Assembly (NCBI GenBank): GCA_050012475.1
Contig: JBEKHC010000031.1
Span: 1 to 49,636 of the forward strand
DNA: 49,636 nt
Source of the DNA: Candidatus Velthaea sp.
Lineage (GTDB): Bacteria; Vulcanimicrobiota; Vulcanimicrobiia; Vulcanimicrobiales; Vulcanimicrobiaceae
Reading direction: 5' to 3'
This document shows positions 49,161 through 49,636 of the stretch, one piece after another. A program made the translations under genes and the position numbers. The notes below the pieces were generated by a model that worked only from the letters and a program-made list of their open reading frames with translations, made no database searches and was not told where the DNA came from. Every line of letters begins with the position of its first letter. Position 1 is the first letter of the stretch.

Positions 49161-49636
49161 ATGTTGGTCGTCGCCGGCTGGATTGTCGTCCTCGGTGCAG
49201 TCATCGGCAGCTTCGTCCTCGCCGGCGGACACGTCGCGGCCCTCCTCCAGCCGTTCGAGCTGATGTGCATCTTCGGGGCGGCCATGGGTTCGTTCGTGGT
49301 GAGCAACCCGTTGGAGATTCTCAAGGCCGTCGCGAAGGCGCTGCCGACCTGTTTTCAGCCGAGCAGCTACAACAAGGCGAAATACCTCCAGCTCATCGCC
49401 CTGCTCTTCGAGCTGCTCCAGAAGACGCGCACGCAGGGGATGCTGGCAATGGAGGCCGACATCGTCGACCCCGATTCCAGCGCGATCTTCACGAAATATC
49501 CGGCCGTCCTCAAGGACCATCATCTGCGGGACTTCATCGTCGACTATTTCCGCATGATGGTCGAAGGCAACGTCACCGTTTCGGCCGTCGAGGACCTCAT
49601 GAATGCCGAGTTGGAAACCCACCACGCCGAGATGAT
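49161..49636 (+). CDS. motA: Flagellar motor stator protein MotA (runs off the window's right edge)
   Basis: Manual translation MLVVAGWIVVLGAVIGSFVLAGGHVAALLQPFEL...KTRTQGMLAMEADI...DFIVDYFRMM; SD AGGAG. Confidence 0.93.
   Translation, partial: MLVVAGWIVVLGAVIGSFVLAGGHVAALLQPFELMCIFGAAMGSFVVSNPLEILKAVAKALPTCFQPSSYNKAKYLQLIALLFELLQKTRTQGMLAMEADIVDPDSSAIFTKYPAVLKDHHLRDFIVDYFRMMVEGNVTVSAVEDLMNAELETHHAEM

Noticed and set aside
47447..49324. Long N-terminal extension of Pit
   Set aside because: It would overlap motA on the opposite strand; the family-like sequence begins at ATG 49009.

Overview
A high-GC bacterial chromosomal window of about 57 tightly packed genes, mostly housekeeping. Firmicute-like gene orders (accB-accC-nusB..xseAB-tlyA; tilS-hpt-ftsH; yabE-rsmA; aroH; a Gram-positive-type LexA box) occur together with diderm envelope markers (TonB/ExbBD, BON lipoprotein). 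This suggests a diderm Terrabacteria lineage such as Eremiobacterota or Armatimonadota, which is an inference. I found no tRNA, rRNA, CRISPR array or mobile element. The most striking theme is intact genes whose catalytic residues have been replaced: (1) a two-gene operon of a degenerate tandem HD-GYP protein plus a FokI/D12-type adenine methyltransferase homologue with DPPY changed to APPG; (2) an RNase H-fold-like protein lacking catalytic acids, under a perfect LexA box and upstream of 3-methyladenine glycosylase; (3) an AccB/BCCP homologue lacking the biotinylated lysine; (4) two secreted M16 peptidase homologues both lacking HXXEH. Other observations are several genes that appear to need CTG/ATA starts, mini-ORFs bridging operon gaps, GCGAAGC-hairpin intergenic repeats, cyanobacterial-type Pho boxes and a sigma28-driven proteobacterial-type motA. 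All family calls come from reading motifs by eye; no searches were run.
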